Below are positions 48,633-61,143 of a stretch of 64,000 nt of DNA, one piece after another (the stretch's first letter is position 1; each line of letters starts with the position of its first letter). Source of the stretch: Macrostomum lignano (lineage: Eukaryota); contig NIVC01001204.1 of the NCBI GenBank assembly GCA_002269645.1, forward strand, positions 248,001 to 312,000, given 5' to 3'. The position numbers and the translations under genes are program-made. Under the pieces are notes generated by a model. It was not told the origin of the DNA. It saw only the letters and a program-made list of their open reading frames with translations, and did not search any database.

Positions 48633-49503
48633 ATCTTCTCCGCATACTTTCATTAGGCTGCGGAACTGGCAAATTTCAAGTTTTCGCGCTTTTGAGACAG
48701 ACTTTGCGCTAATATCGTTATCTTCTACCCTGTCATTGGATACAGCACACTGGATGCTTGTCATTGGATAGCGACTGCATTTGTTACTCACTTACTAGCT
48801 TTTTATACTGCCAGCTGGGAAAATTGATCGATTTTACAAGCACTGAGAATCGGCTTTGAAGATGCCGCTTGAGATGGGAGTTCTGATCTAAGCAGATAAC
48901 AGAAAATTTTCTTGAGCATCTCCTGCAAGTCAGCCTTTGCAGAGTAAAGACTCAATACAGTTGGTCGTGAGCTCTAAAAACACTTTTCAAGCTGTTTCAT
49001 ATCCTGCAGCTGAGCCTGGAAACTTGTGGGAAATATTACAAACCATCTTCTGCGGCTCGTTCCAACTATCAATAAGTCATCGAATCGCCTGACTGATGTA
49101 CAGATTTTTGATGAGATTAAAGTATGATGCAATAGCAGACACATGCAATTAATTTCAGAGTCCCATGAAGTCTGTTTCGAAAATACACGACATGCAAAAC
49201 TACCCCTATGTTATTGAGGCTATAGATTGTAAAACCTTGTGATTGAATCGAATCTGGTGGCCTCTCTTCACCTAAGCTGTGGCTACGATCAGTTTCATGC
49301 TTTTGTGATTGACTGCCCCTCCCCAGTTGTAACAGCACGCAACGTGTTTGGCTGTAGTTGCTGTTCAAGACCACAAAAGGGTCATTTATATCGCAGCAGC
49401 TACGCAAAGGAAATGCAAGATCAGCAAAGGGGTCAAAAAGTTTGCTATTGGGACTGCATTAACGTAGCTCTTCAAGTGCTGCTGTTCTTGCAACGGTAGC
49501 AAA

Positions 49504-49894
49504 ACCAATGCCTGCAGTGATCAATGCCTGCAGTGACCAATGCCTGCAGTGACCAATGCGTGCAGTGACCAATGCCTGCAGTGACCAATGCCTGCAGTGA
49601 CCAATGCGTGCAGTGACCAATGCGTGCAGTGACCAATGCCTGCAATGACCAATGCCTGCAGTGACCAATGCCTGCAGTGACCAATGCCTTCAGTGACCAA
49701 TGCCTGCAGTGACCAATGCGTGCAGTGACCAATGCCTGCAGTGACCAATGCCTGCAGTGACCAATGCCTGCAGTGACCAATGCCTGCAGTGACCAATGCC
49801 TGCAGTGACCAATGCCTGCAGTGACCAATGCCTGCAGTGACGAATGCGTGCAGTGACCACTGGGTGCAGTGACCAATGCCTGCAGTGACCAATG
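49504..49894. repeat. 16-bp minisatellite, ~24 copies
   Basis: Unit CAGTGACCAATGCCTG. Confidence 0.95.
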
Positions 49895-50425
49895 AATGCA
49901 GGACCAATGCCCACTAATTCTCGAGTAACCAGATAGCCCACGCAGTTGCTTAAAGTTTGTAAAGCTAAAATTATAATAAAAACAATACAGTATGCTCTGA
50001 GGTCTTTTAAAAACAGCGTATTTAAGGTGAGTTTCTGGGCTTCGGCGCGAATTTGGGCCGTGTTCGCCTGCCTGCATCCGGTGCTGAAGTTGGAGGCGCT
50101 AAAGATGCACCGAACAACAGTTTATGAACCAGAATTGGTTTTTCTTGAGTTGCAGCCTGCAGAGAAACGCATTGCATCAGCACTGCTATTGAGCCCCTCG
50201 CAGCTAAGAGAAGGAGCTGCTCACACAATGGCTGATCCTTGAGGCTGTGGAAGTTACGCTTGAGGGACAGGTGCATGATTCCATTGTTTTTTTAGTTTTA
50301 GAAGCTAAGAAGGGGCCAAGTAGTTTATCGATTATTTGAGCTGTTGTTGTCTTGTCCGGGGCTTCTGCTGCTGCTTGAGACGCTTGAGTATTCCTGTCAG
50401 GGAGGAGACAACCGCAGGTTCGCAT

Positions 50426-50463
50426 CAAGGACTACTCAGAGTGGAGTACTTGAGTAGTCCTTG
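50426..50463. mobile_element. 38-bp micro-MITE: 13-bp perfect TIRs with 8-bp TSD
   Basis: CAAGGACTACTCA-12 nt-TGAGTAGTCCTTG, flanked by GTTCGCAT at 50418-50425 and 50464-50471. Confidence 0.75.
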
Positions 50464-51929
50464 GTTCGCATAAGCTACGAGCGTACTTCACAACAACAGC
50501 AACAACAAACAAGACAACAAAAATATGTTGTCAGCCGGTCAAGCGAGTAATGAGAGGCAAAGGTCCCAAAGACTTCACACGGGCAAGCAGCTCTGATCTA
50601 ATAGAGAAAGGAATGAGTAGACAAGCAAGCTGCTGCCATATTGCTGACTCAAAAACTTATTACCGTGGTTTTCTCAGTTCCAGTTGTCAAGCAAATTGGC
50701 TTACAGCAGCCTCATGGACTCTAATACCGAATATGTTACTATAAAATGTGATTCTATCCATGATTCTTTAATCTCAAAGCCGACAACACAGGTATAATTT
50801 GTCTGTTATTCTGGCAATCGGCCCAAACAGTGCTGGGCTTACTGTTTCCCGGGCTAGGAAAGCCAAAAGTCCTTGTTCTCCAATTAAGAGACGAGATCAC
50901 GGACGAAAGGGATGCTCTGAGGCCAAGTGAGGCTTTGAATCCCCAACTCACCAGTGCAGCGGCAGATTCTTCCCACGGACAGCCGGGCCAAGCAAAAGTG
51001 TCCTGTAAAAAGTAAAAAGAGAATATGGGCGCTCCAAAAGAGGAGTTGAAGAAAGCAGAGGTTAATTGTTCTTGTAAGACTTCTTTTAGGCTTCGCCTAT
51101 TCTTGACTAAGTTTGGTTTCTGTTTCCGTTCTGATCAACATGGAGTTTCGCTCGATCTGGAGCCTAAAAGATCTTACAGCAGAGATCGCAAGTTGTTGGC
51201 CAAGACTCGTGCCTGTAGCACAAATAACGAACAGTAGTCTTGGGATTTCCGTGAGTTGCACTGGAACTCTTGCTGTCCCTTGGATTCTTCTCCCGTAGCT
51301 CATTTCGGGGCCGAGGCCGTGTCTATTTTATAGAATTTTAGGTACACGTCATCCCCCGCCGCTGATTAGCAACGGCGGGGTGCCAAAAGCAGACGCAGCA
51401 ACATTAGATTAGCGCGTTGCTACGGGGCGAGACAGATAATTTGATAACTGTTCGTTGGTCGCATCAGGCGATGGTTAAAGGTCAGTTCGGGGTTCGTTAT
51501 TCGAGCCGATTCGCACGTCAGACCACTCGTGCGTCCCTCGGTGAGTCGTGTCATAAAACGCCTCGAACTCACTCTTAGGCGACTCTTTGACAACTTTTGG
51601 CGACTTCTACGCTTGTACCGTGATATGTTGTTGCTTTTGAGTCGTCTAAAGTCACTTCTTTCCTTTTTTACCTGTTTTACCTGCATCCACCCTAAAACGA
51701 CTCTGGTTCGACGCAAGTGATTCTGGGACGCTTCGTGGCTTAAGTGCTGTTTTCATCGGGATAGAATTAATTTTCAGCACATTATACAATGAGACTGCAG
51801 GCAAATTGAAATGAAATAAAATGCGTCTCTCAAAGCCCAACCTCTGCAGTCCATTAGAGGCAAAGCCGACAGGTGGGCCTCTTAGAAGGCTTGGTTAAAA
51901 TACGGATCTATGAAATATTCAGTTTGGGA

Positions 51930-52400
51930 TTGACTTTTAATTAACGCAACGATGCCTTCTAAGAAGCGATGCGCTTACTTAAGTGGTTCATTGTGAGCTC
52001 ACCATTTATGGCAACATGAAAGCATTTTTCGCGCCTTCAATTAACGCCGAATTGAACAAAGGCAGCTAAAAGCTCTCAAGAGTCTAATTGATTTGCTCAA
52101 GTGAGGAGTATGTTTTAAATGGGGAAGGTGATTTGATACAGATAGGAATCACTTAGTTTCCGCTAAAATGTTTGGTTGATTTATTCAGTCTCCAAACCTT
52201 CCTTGATGCATAAGAGAACTGTGTCTGTAATGAAAGCTGTTTGCCAGGTGCTTCAACAATCTTTAACTGTATGCGTCGAACTTTTTATTTGATTTGAAAT
52301 CCAGAATATCGGAGCCGCAGATTTTTAGGGGACCTGATAACCATCGTAAAAAACAGGATGGTAGCACAATTAGAGCGTAATTCAGTTTTAAACTTCCGCA
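51930..52400. repeat. Dispersed repeat homologous to ~37050-37730 (and inverted to ~34125-34741)
   Basis: Shared blocks TTTTAATTAACGCAACGATG, GTGAGCTCACCA.TTTATGGCAACATGAAAG and AACTTTTTATTTGATTTGAAATC. Confidence 0.7.
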
Positions 52401-52452
52401 TATCAACAGACCAGTAACTGCGGTCGGCGTCCCTTCATTTTTACTACTCTCT

Positions 52453-53218
52453 TCACAGCTTCATCCAGACGTGCTCAACTTCACTGGCCACCTCGGCGGG
52501 CACAGCGAAGAACTTCAGCAGGCGGCACACGCGGCTCGAGGCCACGAAGGCGCAGCCAAGGCAGTCCGGCCTGCGCTGGCAGGCGGCAGCGCACTGGATG
52601 GCGTTGCCCGTCACCGTGGAGCTGTGGCTGATGGAGCCGTACGAGGAGTCGGCGGAGATGCTGGGAACGGACGCAATCGGCAGCTTCGTCAGCTTCGATC
52701 CAGCTGTGGGTGGGGTTGAAATCAAATTTTGTAAAACCATTTATTGACTCAAACACTTGAAGCAGATTGAATCTGCCGCTCATCTTACTCGGTGAGTAGG
52801 TGACTTCGTAAATCGAGTTTCTCATTGCGCCGCCGCACACCTGCAGCGAGTTTCCATGGCAACTGGAATCGCATTCCTCCTCCGCCGCTTTGCCGAAGGA
52901 TCCGATGGTTGAGCTGCAGCCGCAGAAGAAAAAGTACTGAGTGCCGAAGTAGCGGAACCGACCGTAGGAGCAAATCTGGTTGCACATTTCCAGAGTCATT
53001 GTGAATCGGCCTTCAACGAAGCCCGGAGAAAATGTTGACATTTCGTAGGGGCCATAGTGAAAAATTCCTAAAAGTCCTTTGAGATCGCGACTGTCGCCGT
53101 CTTTATAGCAGCCAACGTAGCGAAACTCGAGTGGCTGGACGGGCTCGAAAGCCGCGCAGCCTTGAAGACTCGCCCACATCAGGGCGAGGCAAACAGCGAG
53201 ACCGTTTGACAGCCGCAT
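52453..53218 (-). CDS. Secreted WSC-domain + PAN/apple protein, paralog 2; join(53218..52789,52703..52453), 226 aa
   Basis: Signal-like MRLSNGLAVCLALMWASLQGCAA, WSC cysteine pattern, the same phase-1 intron position as paralog 1 (GTAAGA...CACAG), and PAN-like QCAAACQRRPDCLGCAF....CRL. Confidence 0.87.
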
Positions 53219-54046
53219 GTCGTCAAGGTGCTTTGAGTCTTTTGAAACAGAAATTCACTGTCTTGATTAGTCAGGATCGGCTTTCGGAGCGCTTGAAAGT
53301 AAATGCATTTATAATGTGCTTGTCGCATTTATTGTTCTCCGGTTGCCTTGGAAACGAGTCTTTTCTCTCCATTTTGTTTTAATCTCTGCTGTCCTCAATT
53401 TGAGATTCACTGTGCGACCGCTTGAAATTCAGGGCAGAAAATTCAATTTAGAGACAGAAGATGGCGACGGATAAATAGAGAGCCGAAAAGCTGAAAGCTC
53501 ACGGGAAGCTGTTATTTTGTGTTTCCGGTGTCGCCCTGGTTTAAAAACAAGCATTGCTCTCAGGCACGTCTTCGTTGGCAGACCGAGCTCAGTATAGCTG
53601 ATTAGTAAGCTGTTGGACGTATCTTCACTCGATGTCAGCTGGGAACATCAAGCTTGATCAACCATTAACCTGACTGCCGCTGTAATGTTTTACGACCTGC
53701 ACCTGTATCTAACTCTATGGTTGGGCTGCATCCAATTCAACCTCAGCCTGTGCATAACAGTGCCTGCTCGTGGTGCCTTTGATCCCGTAACAGTACTCAG
53801 AGCGAAAGACTAAGCTATTACTAGAATTAAGAGAGATTAAGATTTAGCTCATGTCATAAATTTTTGTAAAAAAAATGAAACAAAATAGGGGAACGTTTTG
53901 TGGCGTCCTAACACAACGAGTAATTCGAAACATTGGAATTCATATATATCGATAGATCGAGATCGAGCTAAAATTCAAGAGGTAAATCACTTGTTCAGAT
54001 CTAACAACTGGTTATTCCAAAGATCGATTTCTGCAGTTGACATCAG

Positions 54047-54232
54047 CTAGCTGTGACAGCGTGGCATCAGGCACAGAACGGTAGACGCGGTGCATGTCTC
54101 GGTACAGTCGGCCAGACCAGCAAAACCATGGTATCTGATTATAACGTTTTTGTTAACCGAATCGGTGGGCTCATTGTTCACCCACAGAGCAGCGTCCACG
54201 GTGCCGTAGCAGCCGACCCAGTACCAGCCACC
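54047..54232 (-). pseudogene. Inverted 3' fragment of the PAN-C-type-lectin gene
   Basis: Translates GGWYWVGCYGTVDAALWVNNEPTDSVNK..., homologous to 57440-57625 including the 3' flank. A 20-bp deletion removes the original terminus. Confidence 0.8.
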
Positions 54233-54480
54233 AGCCTTTGTTTGAATTTACAAATTCGGCGACAAAAGTTAACAACGCAAAAGCCAGTTGGTCAGCTAAA
54301 ACGCTGTACATTGGTCGCTTGCTTCGTACACAGCACCCCAAGTTGCGCAACACACAAAAACTCAACTCAAGCCACTCTATTTCAACAACTCTCCGTCTTG
54401 TCTTACTGTCGCTTCAAAATTGATTGGTCATTACGCCAGTCAGGTTGTAAACTATTTTTTTTAATTTCCATCAGATTTGC

Positions 54481-54854
54481 CAGGGGTCTGCAAACTCCAG
54501 TCCGCAGGCCACATGGGGCCTGCAAAGCTTCTCTATCCGGCCTTTGCGGTCCTTTGAAACTGCACAATAGCAATCCGGCCTGCTCAATTTTTGTCTCTTC
54601 TTAGCGCTCTTCTCTCTTCTCGCCTCTCGTCTCCTCTCCTCTCTCTCCTTCATCCTCTCCCTCTCCTTTTTTTCTACTCTCCTTACCTAATTCATCTCTA
54701 CTCTCCTCTCGTTTCCTCTTTACTCCTTTATTCCCTCGCCTCTCCTTTCTCCTATCTCCCTTCTTTCTTTTTTCACCTCTCTCATCTCTAGGACCGCAGT
54801 CATGCTCTAGGTTCTCTATCTGGCCCTTGAGGTAAAAATGTTTTCCGAACCCTG
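54481..54854. mobile_element. hAT/Charlie-like non-autonomous element with CT-rich interior
   Basis: Left end CAGGGGTCTGCAAAC...GGCCACATGGGGCC, right end TTTTCCGAACCCTG (imperfect TIR). The 8-bp TSD is not preserved. Confidence 0.5.
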
Positions 54855-55211
54855 GCATAAGCGAAATGAGCTATACTGTTCGATACGTGTTATGTCCTCT
54901 TCTTCTGCTTCTATACCGACTATTGCCTCCAGGCTACCATCTGACATCAAAGTCAAGTCGAAGAAGCATTATTTAAAATACGAGCTGTTCACAAGCTTTA
55001 TTTGCCTCTAGCCGGCGCACGTTTTGTTTGCCCTTTGTAATACTGTTAGCCTTCGGCTCTTAAAGAAATAAAAGATTGTACCCTAGACTATAGACAAAAG
55101 AAGGGAAGCATTAGTGCATTTGCTAAACCAAAAGTCCATACACAACAATACGACCTTCTGCACCCTGACAATCGAAATTCCAGGAGAAGGACAAACACAA
55201 AAGTGTAATAT

Positions 55212-55251
55212 CAAGGACCACTAGAAGATTACGTTACTTAAGTAGTCCTTG
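55212..55251. mobile_element. Second micro-MITE-like copy (40 bp), no TSD
   Basis: CAAGGACCACTA...TACTTAAGTAGTCCTTG, with termini closely matching 50426-50463. Confidence 0.55.
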
Positions 55252-55482
55252 TCCGGAGAGCGTCCGCGTTTGTCACCGAAGAAGAAACAGCGGGCGACTG
55301 ACAAGCCTTCGACCCTGACTGATTCCTCCTGTTGGCTGGCTTCTCTGCTGGTCTTTCCAGGTCACAATATGAATAATTATTTAATTATATAGTTATATTA
55401 TATAACTAATTTAATTGATTAAATAACGGTAGAAGTGATATTTTTTGAATGGCTAGTCCTACTCTTTTCGTACCTTGCAATG

Positions 55483-55503
55483 TCTCTCTCTACCTCTCCC
55501 TCT

Positions 55504-55576
<73 letters not shown>
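55483..55576. repeat. (CT)n microsatellite
   Basis: Direct reading. Confidence 0.95.
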
Positions 55577-55577
<1 letters not shown>

Positions 55578-56001
55578 GTCTGGCTGTCTGCTCCTTTTGC
55601 TCCGTGCGTTGGCCTTGTGCTTACTTATTTACTTACTTGTTTACTAACTTATTTACTTTTATTAGTTTGTGTTGACTCACTTCATTTAGTTCTTTATTAT
55701 TTGTTTTCATTTATTTAACCTTTAAGAGGCATTTGGGCCCACTGTATTGCGCAATCTCGCTTCAGCCAACCTGTTTTGACTTTATAGAGTTCTGACTCAT
55801 AGTTGATGTACATACAGTATGCACATGAGCGATCTCTCCCCCACTTTTCGCTTATATTTATTTGTCGGCTTCTCACCTTATTAGTGATATTCATTTTTGC
55901 CCTGATGAAGAAGTTCATATTCGAAATATCGGCGACTAACACTCTTTAGCTTTTTTGTTTGGCTTGTTGCTTTGCTGTGTCAGCGCCTTCGGGATTGGAG
56001 G

Positions 56002-56172
56002 CTCTCCCTCTCTCCCTCTCTCCCTCTCTCCCTCTCTCCCTCTCTCCCTCTCTCCCTCTCTCCCTCTCTCCCTCTCTCCCTCTCTCCCTCTCTCCCTCTC
56101 TCCCTCTCTCCCTCTCTCCCTCTCTCCCTCTCTCCCTCTCTCCCTCTCTCCCTCTCTCCCTCTCTCCCTCTC
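56002..56172. repeat. (CTCTCTCC)n tract, ~21 copies
   Basis: Direct reading. Same downstream flank as the 55483 tract. Confidence 0.95.
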
Positions 56173-56887
56173 TTTGTCTGGCTGTCTGTTCCTTGTGCTT
56201 CGTGCTTCGGCCTTGCTCGCTTTCCCTCCTCTCACTGGTAGGCCACTCAATGTTATCGATTCGCCAATTTTATCTCATTGATAATTACTCGTAGATATAA
56301 AATATCGGAACTGGCTCACTTGAGAGCTTTAAGATGGTTAGGATATCTTAATATCAAGTCTTGCCCTCAGCTCTTACACTTCATAATTTCACATCGACTA
56401 ATTTTTCCTTGAGTAATGAGCTATCAAAGGTGTTAAACATCTCCAGTTTTATTTTCTCCTACAGGTTGGCTCAATTTTTCACCCTCTCAACAAAATTGAA
56501 GTGTTTATTAACTGACAGGATAATGTTTAAATATTTTCTTTTGGTAGCTTCATAAGTCCAAAACCGTTGTCTTAGAGAGAACGGACACCTGCTTCAGAGA
56601 CTCAGGGGAGATTGGAAAAGAATGACAACTGCAGCACGTCAATCATTTCTAATTTGATGTCCTACAAATGAAAAAAACCTGCTGGCATCAGTAAAGTTGT
56701 GTGCAGCGGTTGCCAAAGCAGAGAGCCAATTGAGGCGAGGAGCTACGGATAGAAAAGAAACTCTTGAAAAGGCAACGCTTCTAAGAAGAAACTCTCTCAA
56801 AGAAGCCATAAATTTTTGAGTTGCAACTCGCATGAAAGCAGCTCCGTCTGTCGAGTTTACCGCCGTAGTTTCTTCAGCGTTGACAAT

Positions 56888-57625
56888 ATGAGCATGAATC
56901 TCCTGACAATGTTCTTGGCTCTGGGCCTCACGCTCGGCAGTGACAACCAGCAGCTGTATGTTCTCATCAACGGATATCTCTGCATCAATGGCCAGTTTGT
57001 TGAGACCTACTCAAGCGAAATCAGCAAAGTCGAGTGCGCCGCTCTGTGCTCCCAAAACCAGCGCTGTCAGGCGTTCAGTCTGGCTGACGGTCCGTGCCAG
57101 CTGTTCGTGTTCGACAAGTGCAGCAAGTCGGTGAGGAGCTGCGGCTGCTCCAGGAGAGGCCGGGTGTTTGTCAAGCAGCGGCCGGGACTCGAGGCGGGCG
57201 CGCTGTGTCCGTCTGGCTACGGCATGGACCTGTGCGGAGTGAAGTACAGGCTGTACTCTGGCATCGGGACGTGGTGGCCGAGCAGGCAGAAGTGCGAGTC
57301 AGAGAGCGGTCTGGTCATCATGGCCGACGTGACCAGCGAGCAGGAGATGAGCCACGTGGACTCGATCTACTCGAACTACAGCTCTGGACAATCGATTTGG
57401 CTCGGAGGCCTCCAGCCAGCAGGCAGTGCTGAGCCTCTGGGCGGCTGGTACTGGGTCGGCTGCAATGGCACCGTGGACGCTGCTCTGTGGGCCTACGGTG
57501 AGCCCAACAATGGGCTTGACGAAAACGTTATATTCAGCTACCATGGTTCCGCTGGTCTGTCCGACTGTCCCGAGACATGGACTGTGTCTGCCGTTCTGTG
57601 CGAGTGCGTCTCGCCCTTCGCCTGA
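56888..57625 (+). CDS. Secreted PAN/apple + C-type lectin domain protein (single exon, EPN motif)
   Basis: Leader MSMNLLTMFLALGLTLGS, PAN-like ECAALCSQNQRCQAF....CQL, CTLD features TW..SRQKC, IWLGG, WYW, WAYGEPNNG and terminal LCEC. Confidence 0.85.
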   Translation: MSMNLLTMFLALGLTLGSDNQQLYVLINGYLCINGQFVETYSSEISKVECAALCSQNQRCQAFSLADGPCQLFVFDKCSKSVRSCGCSRRGRVFVKQRPGLEAGALCPSGYGMDLCGVKYRLYSGIGTWWPSRQKCESESGLVIMADVTSEQEMSHVDSIYSNYSSGQSIWLGGLQPAGSAEPLGGWYWVGCNGTVDAALWAYGEPNNGLDENVIFSYHGSAGLSDCPETWTVSAVLCECVSPFA

Positions 57626-60601
57626 TGCCCGGATGCTGCGCTGTGACAACTAGCTGATGCCCATTTCAGAGATCGATCTTTGGAACTCGTAACCCGTTGT
57701 TAAACCTATCGTGTCGAGCATTGGATTTACGAGTACTATGAGTAGCAATGAATTGGTTTATCGCAGCCATGCCTTTATGTAAACCCTTTTTAAAGTGGCT
57801 TTTTCGTGGGTCACAAGAATGAAGGCACTGCCCAAAGGCACTAGTACATGCGTTGAGCCTTAGAGATACGAACTTTTTTTTAAATAAAAGAAGTACTAGT
57901 ACATTTTCAAAACGTTAAATGATTCTACAGATTTCTTTTCATGATCTCCCCGAATCGAGAACAAAGTAATAAAAAATTAAATGTAATCCATATACTAAAA
58001 ATGGTCTGTCCGTGTCTATCTATCTCTGTGATGGATTAGAGAAAAAAACGTTATTTCCTAATTTTAGATTTGAAGCACATTACCAAATACAAGGATGAAA
58101 ACTATGACTTAGACCTTCAACGCCGAATTATAACGTCATCATTCGTTGGCGTAATAGAAAAATGCCCATTTGCTAGTGACGTGAATGGATGTCGGAAACG
58201 TTTTTGCTGTAGCCATGATCAGGTTGCCAGCCTGACCAGGGAGAGGTGCTGGGTGTTGTATCACTCCCTTCACGCTGTTGTATGGTATTTAGCGATTACG
58301 TCTTTGGCACCACCAGCCTGCCTCAACGACGAACCAGAGGTTTTACGGAGTGGGATTGGCTGACTTTGGCGGAATTACCATGGTGCATCGGTGGAAGTCG
58401 GTATGTTGAACAATTATCAGACAATTCTTTCGCTATTCCGTAAATATAGCTGTGTGGCCGCCCCCCCCCCCAAAATAGCTTGACCGAACATATTGCGCCC
58501 CCCAAAAACCTAAATTTGCGACCCCTAAACGTGATTTTTCGCCCCCTATACGCATTTTTTGCGCCCCTAAGCTTGATTTTTCGCCCCCCTACGCACATTT
58601 TTGCGCCCCCTAGCTTAAAAATTGGCGCCCCTTCCACTCGTGTTGGCGCCCCAAACTTGGACCGCCCCCCCCCAAAATGAAACTCTGGATCCGCCACTGA
58701 CTATCCGCATCAATACCAAAAAGCTTATTAACGCAACGTCGTTCCATAGAGAACCCCCTTGTGTAGAGACACGGAAAACCAGGCAAATTCCGTAGCTGTC
58801 GAGAAGTCTCCTGAATTTGAGCTGGCTCCCTAGCTGTGCACCTTCACTGTCACCGCAATCGACATCAAAGGCACCGCACTACACCCTGTTCTCTGATGCA
58901 GGCGCTCAATACAAAGTGGCAAAGTTGGGGAATGGTCGAGTCATTTTTATAACCTGGCCTATTGACGATGTAAACATTGATATTAATATGATAAAGACGA
59001 AAATAAGAAGATTGGATCTCCGGGTGGTAATGAATCCATTAGAACATCGGGACGAAGAGCGACGCCGCGCGGTCGACCGAGCCCTTTGGCTTCTACAGTG
59101 ACAGGCCTCTTCGAGTGGCGGACGTTGAATAAGAATGAAGATACACTTGAAGACAATTTTTCATGTATATTTTGACTTGTTGGGTTTGCAGTAGCCTTGT
59201 CACTCATATCAATTCCATGCAATGGAGGGCTCAGCACGTCTGTGTTGCATGAGACAGACCAGGCTTGCGAGCTAATGTCTGCAAAGATCCTACACAACTG
59301 AACTTCCTCTACTGCGTTGCAGGAATGCTAGGAGAACTCTTTCTAAGCTCACTCACAAACCGACCCATCCAATGGTCTTGGCTTCTGTCTTGGCCATTTT
59401 TGGGTACGGATGGGCCCGGAAGTGAACATGTTCGTATCAGGTACCTCTGGCCACGGCTCTGAGGAACAGGTATCACCCTCTGACCTTAACAGGGTAATTG
59501 TATGCGGCCAGTCCGCAGGTTCCGGAGACATCCTTCTTGTCTCCCTTAGGGGCCCAGTGACAGTGTAGTACCACGCTGATGGACCTACGGTTCAGCTTCT
59601 GGCTCTTAGCCGGTGAGCTTCTCGGTTGCTAGCGGAGAGGGCGGAAAGGGCCTAAGCTACCCCCGATCTCTATTCTTTTGACTGGCTGTTGGGTTACGGC
59701 CCCAGAAGCTTCTCACCTCTAGTCCCCATTCGTCTTTTAGCGACTCATAGAGTATTCAGTTACTCCCGACGCGTCCCTTGAGGCTTCTGGAGCGCCAACC
59801 GAGGTTATTCGTAACACCGGAACTTCCGGTGACTCTCACTCAGACCCTGCCGCCCCTCAGAACATTTGTACCGAAGTGACTGGACAATAGTGACTGGCCT
59901 CAGACCTCTAAGAGCAAGGCCCGTAGCTTCAAAGATATTTTCAAAGAAAATTTAATGTTGGCTATGATATTATTTAGAATAAACCAAAAATTATGCAAGA
60001 AAACTTATGTTGTGTATATAATATATACGCTCGTAAATTGTGACTGACACCATTGGATTAGAAAATCAATGATTTTGAATAAAGTCATGTTTATGATGCA
60101 GTTATAATTTATAAAAAAATCGCAATACATGAGTAAGTCAAATGACAGAGCAAACGTATTAAGATTCTTTGTAGTCCACAAAACGTAGTGCGGTAGATAC
60201 CAGCAAAAAGGTACAATAATGAATATGTTTTTTTCAAAGAATATTTTATGATCGTTATAGCTTGTTTAATTAAAATTACAGTGGAAAGTATTTATCCAAA
60301 CAACAATGAGATACTCGTAGTTCCACTTATTTTCTAGGCTTTTTGTTTTATTTTAATTGTGACAATTTAAAAAAATTACAATTCTCTCAGAGTGACGTCC
60401 GAAGTTGCGTTTGTGTTAGCGGCTATTTATTCCGGATTTCAAAAATAGCGTCGTAGTAATTAAAAGACGACACCGTGTATTCTACTACTCAAACCTTCAG
60501 TGTGAGCGTAGTTCTATAGTGAAGAAATTGTCAGGTAAATTCTCAGCCACTTCTGACTTTTAACCATTAAAAAGTGCAAATCAAGTTCTCGACAGTTATA
60601 C

Positions 60602-60823
60602 TCACTTTACCACAACATACATTACCCAGTAGATAACATTAAAGATCAGAAACATTAAAGGAAAAAGTCTGCGCGAAATTTTATCAATTTTTCTGGCAGT
60701 ATTAGTGCTTATAATTTGAGCTGAAGTCAACTTTGCGCTGTTGGACGACTGCTGACCTGCTGACTCCGGCTGCTGCTGCTGCTTCGGTGGAGGTGACTTC
60801 TCATTACTTAGCAACAGCATAGT
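60602..60823 (-). CDS. Cys-loop anion channel subunit (glycine-receptor-like), terminal M4 exon
   Basis: Acceptor CCCGCAG|ACT (phase 0). KIDKISRRLFPLMFLIFNVIYW is the M4 signature. Confidence 0.88.
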   Translation of the reverse strand, partial: TMLLLSNEKSPPPKQQQQPESAGQQSSNSAKLTSAQIISTNTARKIDKISRRLFPLMFLIFNVIYWVMYVVVK

Positions 60824-61143
60824 CTGCGGGAGTGAGGTGGGACATCACAGCTATGAACCGTCTTTGAAAATTTTATGACCAGACTATGTTTAGTCTATGA
60901 CCAGTAAATGACCAAAAATCGATAGGCAGTCTCCAAACTGTCTATACCAGTCGATGACCTGTCTGAGAGAAACAGTCCATGAAGCAATCTATATGTACCA
61001 ACACATAGTCAGTCTACCCTTTACCAGAATTTCGCAGTGTGATGAAAGAAATAATCATGAAATAGACATGTCAGATACTCAAGCGTTTAAATTTTTAACT
61101 TGATTTCCTAAGTCGCCTACTTAAAGCAGTAGAATTAGCTTAC

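Noticed and set aside
50830-51237. Two in-frame ORFs separated by one stop
   Set aside because: No recognisable domain; cannot be distinguished from chance.
58070-58363. Possible decayed hAT transposase fragment
   Set aside because: Only a vague C..H pattern; insufficient evidence.
58364-58699. MITE ending in CTGGATCCGCCACTG
   Set aside because: One plausible terminus, but no matching second TIR or TSD.
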